Source: Neocallimastix sp. 'constans' (taxonomy: Eukaryota). Taken from it: a stretch of 64,000 nt of DNA. Where the stretch lies: NCBI GenBank assembly GCA_050613775.1, contig JBODTK010000151.1, positions 310,001-374,000 on the forward strand. Direction: 5' to 3'. A program made the position numbers and the translations under genes. This document shows, piece after piece, positions 24,703 to 41,954 of the stretch. Under the pieces are notes generated by a model that searched no databases, was not told where the DNA came from, and saw only the letters and a program-made list of their open reading frames with translations. The stretch's first letter is position 1. Each line of letters opens with the position of its first letter.

Positions 24703-26700
24703 ATGGGTGATATAATCCAATCAGAAGAAACTAAAACATGGATAGAAAAAATAAAACCATATTTAAAGATCTATCGTAATAACAGGGATATTATTTTTAC
24801 ATTTTATGCTGCTGTTTGGTTTTTTATTTGCACATATATAGTAAGTTTGGCAAATTCTTATGCTGATAGAATAAATACTAATGTAAATAAAATCTATGAT
24901 CAACCCTATGTAGCACCAGATGTTATATTACAACCATCAAATGCCTTTTTTGAAAAAAATTTATGGATACCAAGATCTATAGCAGATTATATTGTTAGAA
25001 CATCAGCCGCATTAATTATCATAAGAGCCTTAACTTTAAAATCTTATTCATTAACAGTTACAAGAAGAATTTTATTAATTATGGGATTTGTATATCTTTT
25101 ACGTGCTTGTTTTATCCCATTAACTGTTTTACCTACTCCATGGCTTAATTGTAAAAAGACATATAAGGAAAATATTTTTTATGATGCCCTTTTAATTGTT
25201 CTTCAAGTACGTGCTGCTTGTGGTGATGTATTTTTCAGGTAAAGATAAAAAAAATTACCTCAATATAATAATAATAACTTAAAAAAATATTATTAAAAAT
25301 AACCTATATGCATATGTATTATATATATATATATATTTAAATAATAAATTTAAATAGTGGTCATACAATTATGTTTACTTTAAATATTGTGGAATATTGG
25401 TATTATTGTAAAAGAACATGGATAAATGTTTTAGTTACTATCATGAATGTTATTGGTATGTACTCATTAATTATGGCCTCATATCATTATAGTATTGATG
25501 TATTATGTGCATTTATATTTTCATTAATGTTTTGGGCTATTTATCATTGGGCAATTAGTATTCCAGAATTAGGATCTACCTGGTGGGGAGATATCATTAA
25601 TTATATTGATGATCCATTCTTTTATGAACATGCTGAATTACCAATCGCATATGGTATTAATTTATTAAATATCTTATTTTTTCTTATATATATTCAATAT
25701 ATAAATATAATAATATTATATATATATATCATTATTAATATCATTTTATTATTTTTAAATATAAAATTTATTTTATTAATAATTTTTTATTTTTTTATTA
25801 TTTTTTAATTTAATTTAATTTAATTATTTCTAAATATTTATATATAATTATTTATATACTTATTTTTAATAATTTATTTTTAAACTTTTACATATATTAT
25901 CATTATTATTATTAGAACGTAATAATGGTATAAATAATGTAGCTGATATTGCGGAATTATTATCAAATGATAAATATGAAGAAAGTGATAATGGAAAATC
26001 AGAAGTAAGTAATGAAAATGTTGCTATAAACGAAATAGCATTACTTTATGAATTAAGTAGAGAAAAACAAAAAAAAAATATGAGAAATATGGATAATAAT
26101 GGTGAAACAGATTCATCGGAAGAAGAAAATATTTATACAAGAAAATCAGTAATATCAAATTCTATCTCTGATAATATTTCAAATTTAAATGCAAGTCCAT
26201 CAATTAATAGTATCATTGATATTCAACCAGAATTTTCAGAAGAACTTAATCGGGTTATCGTGAAAAAGGATAAATATTTATCACCAAATTATGGAAATAA
26301 GGCTTATAAACATCATTCATTAAATAGTTTATTAAGTAATAGTGATAAATCAGGAATAAGTGTACCATCTGTAATTTTAAGAAGTTCAAATACAAATTTA
26401 TCCGTTTCAAATGTAAGTACAGGGTACTCCTCTGCTAGTCTTAGTCCTGCTAAAAGTATTGGTGAAAATTCAATATTAGCAAAATCATCACAAAACTTTA
26501 ATCAAAAAGTAAGATATGGAAAACATATAAATACTAATTCAAGTTTAAATTCTTCAAGTTCAAATTCAGACTCATCATATACTCTAAATAATATTACTAT
26601 TCAAGGAAAAAAATCATTAACTAATGAGAATTTAACGAAAGAATCTGGGTTATACTACAGTAGTAGTAGTAGTAGTAATAGTGGAATTACTAAAAAATAG
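24703..26700 (+). CDS. Sphingomyelin-synthase-family (PAP2-like) membrane phosphotransferase; exons 24703-25238, 25358-25653, 25916-26700
   Basis: Several hydrophobic helices; LLRACFIPLTVLPTP, spliced CGDVFFSGHT (D3 motif) and HYSIDV (D4 motif); Ser/Asn-rich C-terminal tail. Confidence 0.85.
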
Positions 26701-27475
26701 TTCATGAAATGATGGTAGTAGTATAAAAGTTAATATATCCAGTACAAATAGTATCACTCAATACCCAACTAACACCAATATCATTAAAAAAAAAAAATTG
26801 AATCTTTTTTTTTTTTTTTTATTATTATTTTTATTATTACCGAAAAATATAAATGAATAAGAAAAGTTTTGATAAAAAAAAAAAAAAAAAAAAAAACTTT
26901 AATATCAAAATAATACCCTTGATATATTAAATTATTTCAAATATGAATAATATAATTATTATTATTTTTTTTCAATAAATATAATTACATAATTACATAA
27001 AAAAAAAAGAAAAGAAAAATAAAATAAAATGAAATAAAATTTACAATATTACATTTTAATTTTTCATTTTATAATTTTTATAATTCCTATTATAGTTAGG
27101 AATTGTAATTGTTTTTTTTTTACCTTTACGTATATAATTTTATTTTATTGGGAAATATTTAAAATTCAATAAATAAAAATTTATTTTTTCTAATTTTTCT
27201 TTTCTTTTTTAAAAAAAAAATTAAAAAAAAATTTTTTTTTCCATTTCTAATAATAATAATAATAATTTATTTATATTTGAAAATTTAATAAAAAGAAAAT
27301 AGATAATATATATCAAACTATTTTCTCTATAATTTATAAATAAAATAAAAACTTAATTAAAAAAAGAAAAAAAATATTCAAAAAAGTTCATTCTGATTAA
27401 ACAACAAAATAATTAAAACAAAACATAATAAACATAATTTAATATAGTAATCAACAACATAAAAAAAGTCATACA

Positions 27476-27510
<35 letters not shown>

Positions 27511-27797
27511 AAAAGATTTTATTAAAAATTTATAATTTAAAATCAAATTACCATCCGCAAATTAATCATAATTAGAAACTATCGTTTATTTCAAAATATA
27601 TATATATATATTTTTTTTTCTGAAGTTATAAATTATTTATATTTAAAAAAATTTTTTTTTTAAAAAAAATAAATATATAAATAAAACAAAACAAAAAAAA
27701 ATAATAATAAAATAAAAAGATAGATTTATATAATTTTTATATAAAATTAAATAAGTAAAAAATATATTTATATATAACATACATATTTTTTAATTTT

Positions 27798-27830
<33 letters not shown>

Positions 27831-28039
27831 AAATATTATTTTTTATTTTAATTTATTTAATCTTCTTCATATATATTTTTTACTTAAAAATATATATATA
27901 TAAAAAGCATGTATTATATAAATTTAAAAAAAAATAAAACTTTTTAATAAACAAATAAAAATTAATTATATAAATAAAATAGAAAATATATTATTGCCAA
28001 TTTTTTATTTCTAAAAAATAATGAAATTAAAAAAAAAGT

Positions 28040-28110
28040 TTAGAACTCCTGATAATATTTCCTTTGGTTTGAGGGAGAATTTAGTGGTCTCTACACTATC
28101 TTAGGTTATT
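28040..28110 (+). mobile_element. Very short solo LINE 3' remnant
   Basis: ggtttgagggagaatttagtggtctctacactatct matches ggtttaggggagagtttagtggataccactctatct (7941-7976). Confidence 0.55.
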
Positions 28111-28391
28111 ATTTATAATTTTTATTTTATTTTTATAATTAAGATTATTATTATTATGAGTATCAATATAATAAAAATAATAAAAATATATTTATTCATT
28201 TTTTAATTTAAAAAAAAAAAAAGAAAAAAAAAAAAAGAGGATCATTATTAAAATATTTTTAATATAAAATATTAAAAATATTAATTTTTTTTCTGTATTT
28301 ATTTTTTTAATTATATATTTAATTTAATTTTTGTATTTTATTATTGATTTTTAATATAATTTTTTATAAATATGATTTTATTAATTTATTT

Positions 28392-28710
28392 TATTTTACC
28401 CACTCTTAAGAAAAATTTTTTATGGAAAATTGTAAAGTATTCGAAGAAGATGGAAAAAAAAAAAAATCTAATTTATACAGAAATTTCTGATAATAATATA
28501 AGCAATAGGTCATAAAAAAAAAAAAAAAAAAATTAAACATTCTTTATATCTTATATATATAATTAAAGAATATTATTAATTTATTAAATATTATTAATTA
28601 CATTTTTTTTTTTAAAATATACATATACGTATATTTTTTATCTATTATTTTTCTATATATATACAATATAATACACTATATATAATTATATACTATTGTT
28701 ATAATAAATA
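28392..28710 (+). pseudogene. Decayed partial duplicate of ARL2BP exon 4 plus following intron
   Basis: actcttaagaaaaattttttatggaaaattgtaaagtattcgaagaag...tctaatttatacagaaatttctgataat matches 31310-31400; similarity continues into intron (aaagaatattattaatttatta, tatctattattttt, tacactata, tactattgtta); frame disrupted and donor GT lost. Confidence 0.8.
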
Positions 28711-29139
28711 ATATTTTATTAATAATAATAATAATAATAATAATTATAATATAATGTTAATAAGAGCTGATTTAAGAAAATAAATAAATAAATAAAAAAA
28801 GTGTTAGGAATGATAAAATGATAAAATAGGAAAAAAAAATCATTCTATTAATAGATATCAATATTAAAATAATTTTATTATATATATCTATATATAGTGA
28901 ACAATTATTTTCAAGAATTAAATTTAAGTATAATTGTATACTAAATTTAGTTTCATTGAATATTTTATTTTTTATTTTTTTTTTATTTTTATTTTTTTTT
29001 TTTATTTTCAAAAAAAAAAAGTTTTCATTTTATTTAATATTCTAGCATTTCATTTAATTTTTATATTCTAAAGTGGTTTTATTTTTTTTCTATTAAATTA
29101 AATATGACTCTTTTATTTTATTTTATTTTTTTTTTTAAA

Positions 29140-29189
<50 letters not shown>

Positions 29190-29445
29190 TTAAATTTTAT
29201 TCAAATTTTATTCAAATTTTTTTTTTTTTTTTTGGATATAATATTAAAAAAAATATATATACATATATTTTATAAAATAAAAATTATTATTTAATTAGTT
29301 GTTTATTTTCTTTTTATTTGTTTTTTTTTTATTTAATTCATTTATTTTATATTTATTTATTTTTATTTTTCATTAATCATCGGTTAAAACTAAATATAAT
29401 AAAATTTGGATAAAATTAATTAATAGATGATGTTTTTTTGTATAT

Positions 29446-29498
<53 letters not shown>

Positions 29499-29640
29499 AT
29501 GTTTATTATAATTTAAAAAAAATTTTTTTTTTTTTCTTAAATTATTTTTTTGAAACTTTAACCAATAATATTTTATATATACGTAATTAATTTATTATTT
29601 ATTTATTTTTTTATTTATTATTCAATTATTTTCATATTAA

Positions 29641-29685
<45 letters not shown>

Positions 29686-30075
29686 CAAAATTATTAAAAT
29701 TAAAATTTTTAAATCTTTAATTAATTAATTAATTATTATTATTTTCATTATTTTTCATTATTTTTTATATTTTTTAAATTTTAATTAAAAAATTTTTTTT
29801 TTGAAATCAGCAAACAACAAAAACATGGATATATGCAACAATATATATAATATATTGTTATTTAATTTTTTTCTTGTTTTTATTTTTTTTTAATTAACAC
29901 GTTAGTTTTCGTTTTTCTTTTCATTAAAAAATAATAATAGTTTACAACAAAAAAAAAAAAGAACAAAAATAAAAGAAATAAATATTTGTATAAATAATAA
30001 AAATCAAATATATATAAAAGTAAATATTTTTTATTATTTAATAAAAATATCTTATTAATAAAATAATTTTTAATC

Positions 30076-32529
<2,454 letters not shown>

Positions 32530-32975
32530 ATATTATATATATAAAGAATAACCATCCCTATTGAATTGATTAATATTTAATTCGAAAACAAAAAAAAAAC
32601 AAAAAAAAAAAAACTAAAAATATTAAATCTATTATTAATAATAATAATAATAAAAAGGGGAAAAAAATTAATATAAATTTAATATTGAATATAAATAATA
32701 TAAAATAAATAATATAATATATATATATATAAATCTGTAAATAAAAAATATTCAAATTACGATACATCTCATGTAATATAAAAAAAAAAAAAAAGCTTGA
32801 GATAAATAAAATAAATAATTATAATTATTTATATTGTATAAAAAAAAAGTAATAAAATAAAATAATATTTTATATTGATTTTAATATTTCATTCCTTAAT
32901 CCTTTTCTTTTATTTAATGTATAAATATATATTTATTATATTTAAAAGAAAAAAGTAAAATAAAATAAATTATTG

Positions 32976-33024
<49 letters not shown>

Positions 33025-33069
33025 ATGTATTTTATTTTCTACAAATATAAATTCATATATATATTTATA

Positions 33070-33648
33070 GCTGCAATTATTGCGAACTTAAACTTTATTT
33101 ATTTATTCATTTATTAATTATTAATATTTTTTCTTGTTAAAAAAAAAAATTAATAAAAATAAAAAATAAAATAAAAAGTATTTGCCCAATTTGAATATAA
33201 TAATTTTTTTTAAATAGTAATGTGAAATAATAAGTAATATTCAAAATAAAGTGAATAATTAATAAATTCAGAAAAAATCCCCTTGGCAACGAACCTCACC
33301 TCCAAGATTTTAAGATTTCTACCTAAAAAGAGAATTCTTATTCTGGATTAGGGTTATTAGGATTTGAATTGGCAATCCTAAAGAAATTATGGTCTTCTCC
33401 TTCCTCCTTCAGAGGCATTGGCCTTGCAAGCCTGCTTTACTGCATTTTCTGCGTTGACGTTGACGTTAACGTTCTTTGGTTAGTTTACGCTTATACCGTC
33501 GGGAATAAAGTAGTAAATCCTTGTCTTATACTAAGACCTTAGGCTAAATTTCTATAAAAAGAGAGCTGCAGATCGTAACAAGAATAGGGTGTTTTTTCGG
33601 AATAATTACCAGAAATAAATTTGATTTCTTAAAAAAAAACATCCCATT

Positions 33649-33690
<42 letters not shown>

Positions 33691-34110
33691 CTAAATCAAT
33701 CATGTCTACAATGTCTATTCCCTCCAAGAAGGAAATTATATACTCTGTTCCACATCTCATATATATTTCTACACTCCATTATTCAAAATATTACTAATAT
33801 TAACAACGATTTTCTCCAAATGACCTGTTCACTACATTATTAGTAACGATATTATTATTTTTATATTTTAATTTTTACTATCAATACTATTACTATTATT
33901 AATAACTAAAAACATTATATGCTATTGTTATTATTACTAATATTATACATTTCGTTACTAGTTTCAGAATCAGTACTTGATTCTATAGTATATTCCTATC
34001 TGTAGCAACAGTATAATGTTGCAATCGAGGATTTCTATTCTTCCTATAATAGTAAGGACAGTGTTCTGGACAATCATCTTAGATCCTTTCGGCAGCTTTG
34101 GTCACACTTA
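33070..34110 (-). mobile_element. LINE 3' end, family B
   Basis: Reverse complement gives DDCPEHCPYYYRKNRNPRLQHY (knuckle remnant) and matches 8960-9677 (gaaggagaagaccataatttcttt, aaccctaatc, aataaatgaataaataaataaagtt...tgcagc). Confidence 0.8.
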
Positions 34111-34117
34111 TATATAT

Positions 34118-34735
34118 ATTTTTTAGACAGGGAAGAGAATACACTTCCATAAATTTATTAATCTTATTATAAAAAATACATGAAGGTGAAAAGTACATTA
34201 TAAATTAAAAATAAAAATAAAAGTTAAAAAATAAAAAAAAAAAAAAAGCTCAAAAATACTATGTATTTCGGCAAGTTGTACTATGCGGGAATTTTCCCTT
34301 CCTAACAAATGAAAAAAAAAAAAAAATAAAACCTAAGAGTAAAATCTTTAAAATAGATAGTGTGGTGTCTACTGAACTCTTCCCGGATTCATCATTTATT
34401 GAACTACTAAGGCGAGATTCAGCCTTCGTAGAAATGGATGATGATCCTGCATTATCATTATGCCTTATCAATGCGACGTTGACGCTCTTGGTTAAGTTTG
34501 GTAGTTTGGAATACCTATCAATTAATAGTTCAAACGAACTACTTATGATAGGTATTACGCTAGTTAAAAAGTTAAGAAATTCTGCCAAGCCCACAATTTT
34601 TTGGAACATGGTGACTCAGATGAACCTTTGAAAAGTAGTTCATTTAATTGTCTCTGTTCCCCACTATCGAAATGTAGCTCATTTAAAGCTAAAGTTCCAC
34701 TAAGAAGGAATAAGTATATATAATGTATACAATAG
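34118..34735 (-). mobile_element. LINE 3' end, family A, copy 3
   Basis: Reverse complement closely matches 4050-4630 including the terminal hairpin (34131-34148) and ccctgtct-A tail. Confidence 0.88.
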
Positions 34736-34769
34736 GAATAAGTTTATTTGTATATGAAAGAAGGGATTT

Positions 34770-35362
34770 TCAAATTTTTAAATACATGTGAGATATAATG
34801 TGTTCTAATAAGAGATCATCTGAAAAAGGAATACCTAGATAAATATTACTAGAAACTTTTGGAATAGCATTCATTCCTAAATAAAAGGTTGGGTCACTAT
34901 AATTTGGAGGAGAGATTGAAAGTTCATTGGTTTTATAATCATAGTTGCACATTTTTAAATACTAAAAGTTTATTTCATTTAAAATTAGCCCATTTATGTA
35001 CCTTTTTTTTTTTTTTTTAATAATATTTCTAAATTTTTTTTTTTTTGCACTCTGAGCAATGAGAACAACATCATCAGCAAAAAGTCCACCACAACACTTT
35101 TTTTTTTTTTTTTTTTTTTTTTTCTTCCAATACTAACACCATACTTTTCACAGTTATTTAGTATATCATTGATGAATAAATTGGAGAGATAATGGACAAC
35201 CTTGATGAACTTCTCTTTTAATAGGAAATTCATTTGATAATATTGAAGCAAATCGAGCACGTGCTTTAGATGAAGTATATAAATTGCATAGAAAATCAAA
35301 ACATTTACCACGGACTCCATAATGATATAATTTAGTAAGAATGTTAAATATAGGAACTGAAA
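34770..35362 (-). mobile_element. LINE reverse-transcriptase fragment
   Basis: SVPIFNILTKLYHYGVRGKCFDFLCNLY...REVHQGCPLS / NLFINDILNNCEKYGVSIG / CCGGLFADDVVLIA / YLGIPFSDDL; frame broken by indels and expanded A-runs. Confidence 0.88.
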
Positions 35363-35525
35363 TACGTATATATATATATATATAAATAAGAAAATAAAAA
35401 TTTATATTCTTTTTCAATCCATATATTTATTAATATTAAAATTAAAAAAATTTTATAATAGTTAAACTCTTTATAATCAGAGTTTTTTTACAAACAATAA
35501 TTCAATAAAATATAATATTTAAATA

Positions 35526-35604
<79 letters not shown>

Positions 35605-36155
35605 AAATAATAATATTTAAATTTAAAATTTTATATTTTTATTATATTTTATATTTTTTTATATATATGTTTTTATTTAATTTTATTTAATTTAAATAAT
35701 AAAAATTGAAAATTGTAGATAAAAAATTGTATATATATAAATATATATATAAATAATTAAAGAAAAAGATATAAATGAATATATATATATACATATATAT
35801 ATATATAAAAGTTTTATAATAAAGTAAAAATAATAAGAAAAGAAAAAAAATAATTATATATATATATATATTATTTAGGTCTATTATTACTATTGTTATA
35901 TTTATTAATATAAAAAATTAAAAAAAAAAAAAAAAAAACTATTTTATAAAGTTAAAATAATAATAAAAAAAAAAAAAAATTAAAACAAATTGAATAAAAA
36001 TAAAAATAAATAATATATAATATATTTTATAATATATTATATTAAAATAAATAAATATAAAAAAATAGTTTTTTTCTTTTTTCTTTTTTTTTTTTTGGAA
36101 TGATCTGCTTTCCGTTTTGTGATAATGTTTGTTGTTGTTGTTGATTCTTTTTTTC

Positions 36156-36740
36156 TTACTTTTGAAGTGAAACAAAATTCTTTTTACGTTCTGGCACATA
36201 AGGAACGGTTCCCTTCTTACTATGTTTACGAAGATTATCTTCTTTACGTTTAATAGATTCAATTTGAATACGTTTCGTTTTAGAAGCAGTAGAAATAGCC
36301 TTTGGAATATTACGATGTCTAATTATTTAAATAATAAATAAATAATTAATTATTTAATTTTTTTTTTTTTTTTTTTTTTAATTTATAAATAAAATAAAAA
36401 TTAAAAATAATTATTTTTATTGTAAATATATATAATAAAACTTACTTATCAATACGACGAATTTCTGGCATATGCTTGTATTTCTCCTTAAGTTTTTTGT
36501 TGTAAGCCAAAGCATTTCTTTCTCTTGAAGATTGCTAAAAAAATATAAATATACACATATGTAATAATAATAAATAAAATTAGAAATAAAGTTCAAATTA
36601 GATTATAATAGTTAAAAAAGAATTAATGTAATAAGGATATAAAAATATTTGTAAATAAATATTTATATATTTTTGAACTAATCTATTAATTTATTAAAAG
36701 GTTCATATATAATTTATATAAATAAATAAATAAATAAATA

Positions 36741-36786
<46 letters not shown>

Positions 36787-37141
36787 TGAAACAAGATAAA
36801 ATAAAATAAAATAAAATAATAATGAATGAATCAATGATATAATAATACTTTTAAATTGCCTAAAAAAAAAAAAAAAAAAAAAAACTTACTGGTCCAAATC
36901 TTTCCCAAGCGTTAGCTCTCCATAAACGAATATTAGCATCATCACTACCTGATAAAATATATTTAGAATCCATACTGTATCTTACACAGAAAATTCTTTA
37001 TTATTATGAAAATTATATAATTATATATATATATATATAATATGTGTTACATATGATAATAATTTAAAAATAAAAAGAATAATTTAAATTTGTTAATAAT
37101 TAAAAACAAGAAACAATGAAATAATGATATAATTTTTTTGT

Positions 37142-37172
<31 letters not shown>

Positions 37173-39252
37173 GTTATTAATCTTACCTTTGCATACGCTT
37201 AGTATGATAGATATCTCTACTATGACCTTCTCTAGCATTAAAGATTCGAATGGAACGATCATAAGAACCAGTAACAATTTCTTCACCTGTTGGAGAATAA
37301 TCACAATCCAATCTACAATAATAATAATAATAATAATAATAATAATTACAACAACAACAACAATAATAATAATAATAATAATAACAACAATAATAATAAT
37401 AATAATAAAATAAATAATAAGTATAGGTTGCTTTTTATTATATATATTATAATTGAAAAAGTATTAATTATATATATATATATATATATAACAAGTTAAC
37501 TTACACTGCTGAAACATGATCTTTAAGAATATTAGAAGCCATTTTAAGATTTCTCATATCATAGATATAACAATTATGATCTTCATTAGCGACAGCAAAG
37601 TTGAAAGCTTCCATTGGATTCCATGAAATAGCATTACTTCTTAACTAATGACATATACATAAAGAGAAGGGGAAATTTTAATAATGATATATATTGTAAT
37701 ATATAAAAAAAAATTAATTAATATAATATAAAATGAAACTTACAGCTAAAATACATTTAGCTAATGGAGAAGAAGTTCTTAAATCATAAAGAGTAATAGT
37801 TCTATCAGTACCAGCACTAGCTAAAATACTGACTTCGGTTTGATTGAATCTAACGGTAGTAATAGTTTCTGCACCCCAAGTAAATGTTTGTGTTGGTTCG
37901 GCTCTAGAATGATCCCAAATTTGAATATCTGAACTGGCAGTAGCGAAAACATTTTGTGAGCGATGATGAGAAACACCACTATTATATTGATAGTAATAAT
38001 AAAAGATAATGATAAATTAATGAATATTTTTATTTTCACTTTTTTAATAATGCCAAATTATTTAATAAATTGAATATTAATAAGACTTACTTGAATACTT
38101 CTTTAGATAAATAAATATTTAATGGCTATTCAAACAAAATGAAAGTAAATAATAATAATAATTATAATAATAATAATAATATATATTTAAATAAATATTA
38201 ATAATTTTTAAATTTTTTATATAAAAAATTATAAATACGAATAAAAATAATACATATATATAATTATCTATTCTTATATTGTTATTATAACAATGATAAT
38301 AATAATCATGATAATCATAATAATATATATATATATATATTAATTCTTACTTCTTCTTCATTTCTATCCCAAAGTTTAACAGTTTTATCCTCACCAACAG
38401 TAACAAAATTTTGAGAAAATGGTACCCAAGCAATACCCTTAACAAATCCTTTGTGAGCTTGAGCAGACCAAACGGTTTTTCTTGATGATAAATTCCATAA
38501 TCTTAATTCTATTATTTATGTAATTTTGTATCATAATATTGTTGTCATTATTTTTGTTTTATTTTAATTATTTAAGATATTATATTTGAATATATATATA
38601 TTATATATAATATATATATATAATAATTTAAAATTTAGTACATATATATATTTGTTATTTAAGTTTAAATCAATATTTAAATATTATTATTAATTATTAT
38701 AATAAAATTCAATTGAATTAAAATTCAATTTATTAATTGTTAATATTATTATTTTTTTCTATTTTATTTTTTTTATTAATATATATATATTAATATTATT
38801 ATTATTATTATTATTTTTCTTTACCTCCATCAGCACTACCAGATAAAATTGAGGTTAAGTGAGTAGGATGTTTAGCAAGAGAGTAAACTCCATCGATATG
38901 ACCTGTTAAGGCTCCAAGGAATGGTTTAGAGAAAAGTCTTTCCAATTTAGTTGCATTTAAGGCACGGGTATACTCACGAGCTTTTTCAAAAGGGTGAAGA
39001 TTTGGATCCAAATTTCGATGAGCTCTTACAATATCTTGAGAACGTTCTCTTGTAAAATCTTCTGGATTACGTGATATTGTTTTAATTTTCTAATAAAAAC
39101 GAAAAATAAAATGTAAATATAAATATAAAAGATAATATGTGATTGGTAATAATAATGTATATTTATATATATATATATAGATAATATAATTTGAATTTTT
39201 TTAAAAAAAAAATAAAAAAAAATAAAATTTATGAATAAATATAAATATTAAA

Positions 39253-39296
<44 letters not shown>

Positions 39297-39369
39297 ATTT
39301 CATAAATTTACTTTAATATTTAATAATAATTATATAGAGATATTTAATTTTTAAAATGTATATTAAACC

Positions 39370-39401
<32 letters not shown>

Positions 39402-39417
39402 TAATAATAATTACCAT
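36156..39417 (-). CDS. SOF1: DCAF13/Sof1 WD40 protein of the U3 snoRNP/SSU processome (multi-exon; first coding exon is ATG only)
   Basis: M|KIKTISRNPEDFTRERSQDIVRAHRNLDPNLHPFEKAREYTRALNATKLERLFSKPFLGALTGHIDGVY; NAISWNPMEAFNFAVANEDHNCYIYDMR; YHTKRMQ; SGSDDANIRLWRANA; ends PERKKNFVSLQK*. Confidence 0.93.
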
Positions 39418-41208
39418 TTTATTATCTATTAAAAATATTTATACATATATAATTGTAATAATAATTAAAATAAAAAGTATATATACATAAATATAAGGTG
39501 TTAGAAATTTCTTTTTTTTTTTTTTTTATTTTAAAAATGAAATGTTGAATTTAAAAAAAAAATATTTATGAAAGAAAATATATTGATTATAAATATATCA
39601 AAAGAAAAAAAATATATATATATATAAGTTATTAAAAAAATGGTCGTAGCATTAAAACTATTTTTGACTTTCTCGTGAAATTATCTATTTCTTATAAAAA
39701 TTTTTATTTTTTATTTTTTATTTTTATTTTTATTTTTATTTTTTTTTTGTATTTAAAATTGAATTTTTAAATTTTTTTAAGATTCTTTTATATATATAAA
39801 ATGAAATTTCTCTTCATTTTTAAACAAAATCTTTTATTCGTCTTTTTTGTTTAATTATTATTATTATTATTATTTTAATTGTGCAATAAAATTATATTTT
39901 AATAAAACCTGTTTAATTTTTCCTTCTTTCCTTTTTTACGTAATTAATCTTAATTTATATAATTTATTTGAAAAAAAAAAAAATGAAAAATATGTAAATA
40001 TATTACTTTAAAATATATTTAATTTTTTTATTCTTTGATTTATTAATTTTATTTTATTATTATTATTATTATTATTTTATTATTATTATTTGAAATCAAT
40101 TAGATGATAATTCCTGAATTTCTCTTATGACTTTTTTTTTAAAAAATAAAAAAATAATTAATGTATTTAAATCCTTTTTTATCTATAATTAAATATAAAA
40201 TATTGTATTTTTTTTTTTTTTGATTTTAACCAAAGTATTATAGGTATATAATATTGAAAGTGTGATGTGTGAAATAGTTATAAAATAAAAATAATAAAAA
40301 AAGTAATTACTCAAAAAAATAAAAAATTGAAATTGAAATTGAACCTTTCTATTAATAATAATATATAAATGTAGGTATTATGAAAAAAAAAAAAAAAAAT
40401 TTAAAAAAAAAAAATTAAACATTTAAAAAATATTTAGCCAATAAAATTAAGATTTAATATATTATATAATATAATTTAATATATTCAATGTATAAAATTT
40501 TATTAACCATTAAAAAAAATTTTTTTTTTATATTTCTTTAATAAATTTAGAATATATTATTTTTAACTAAAATAATAATAATATATTTGTGATATATGGA
40601 TATTTTTTATGATGTTAATGAAATATAAAAATAAAATAAAATAAAATATAAAATATTACATTAGAAAAAACAAACAAACAAACAAAAAAACTATTATTAT
40701 AAACTCTTTAATTTATAAATTTATAAATTAATAAATTTTATTATTTTATTTTTAATTGTTTTAATTATTTTTTTTTTTTTTTAGTTTTGATTTTTATATA
40801 TATAAAAATCAATAAATAATTGCATATATTAAAATTGTATATAAAAAAAATAATGTATTTAGATTAAAAAGTAACAAAAAATATAGAAAAAAAAATAAAA
40901 ATAAAAATAAAAAAAAAAAAAAATATAATAATAAATTAAAACTAATGTATTATAATCATTGAAATTAAAACTATAATAATATAAAAAATATAAATTATAT
41001 ATATATATAAATAATATTATTAATAATTAAAAATTATATCTAAAAATGAAAAATATAATGAAAATTTTTCATTTTATATTTTTTTTTTCATAGTACGCTG
41101 TATTCTTTTATTTATTTACTTAAATAAAAATAAATAAAATAATAAAAAAAAAAATTTTTTTTTCTCTTCTTTATTATAATTATTATTATTATTTAATTTT
41201 TTTGAAAT

Positions 41209-41618
41209 TTAGCTTAATCCTTGTTTTCTACTTTCAGATTCAAATATTAACATACGCCAAATTTTCATAACGAATACTTCAGCTTCTTCATCTAAAGCCT
41301 ATATAAATATTAATAAAAATGAAATAGTAAAAATTAATATATAATTTTTATAATGATAAAGAATTATAAAAAAAAAATATAAATATATATATATATATTT
41401 ATATATATAAATATATATATTTGATATTAATTATAATAAAACTTACAGGTTTTAATTCATTATACAATTGTTCGGCATTTTTATAATTCTTTATATAATC
41501 AATAATGAAATCAACCATATCTTTTTCTTCTACACCAAAATATTCCTTTATTTTCTTTCCAACAAATGGTATAATTTTTTCCTTAAGTAAAATCTATATA
41601 TAATTAATAAAATTAAAA

Positions 41619-41660
<42 letters not shown>

Positions 41661-41920
41661 AAAAAAAGTATATAATCTTTTATAAATATCAAAATATAAA
41701 TATAAATTAATATATATATTAATTTACTTACATCATCAATATATTTCCATTGAATATCCCATTTCCAAAGAGATTCTTTATCATTTGGTATAGATTGAAT
41801 TAATTTTTCTACAGCTTCCTTTCTTTCTTCAGCGGTCATAATACGACCTACAATCATTTCTGGTTCAGGTTTTGGTTTTGGTTCTTCAGTACGTTTTGGT
41901 ATAACAGGTATTGGTTCATC

Positions 41921-41954
<34 letters not shown>

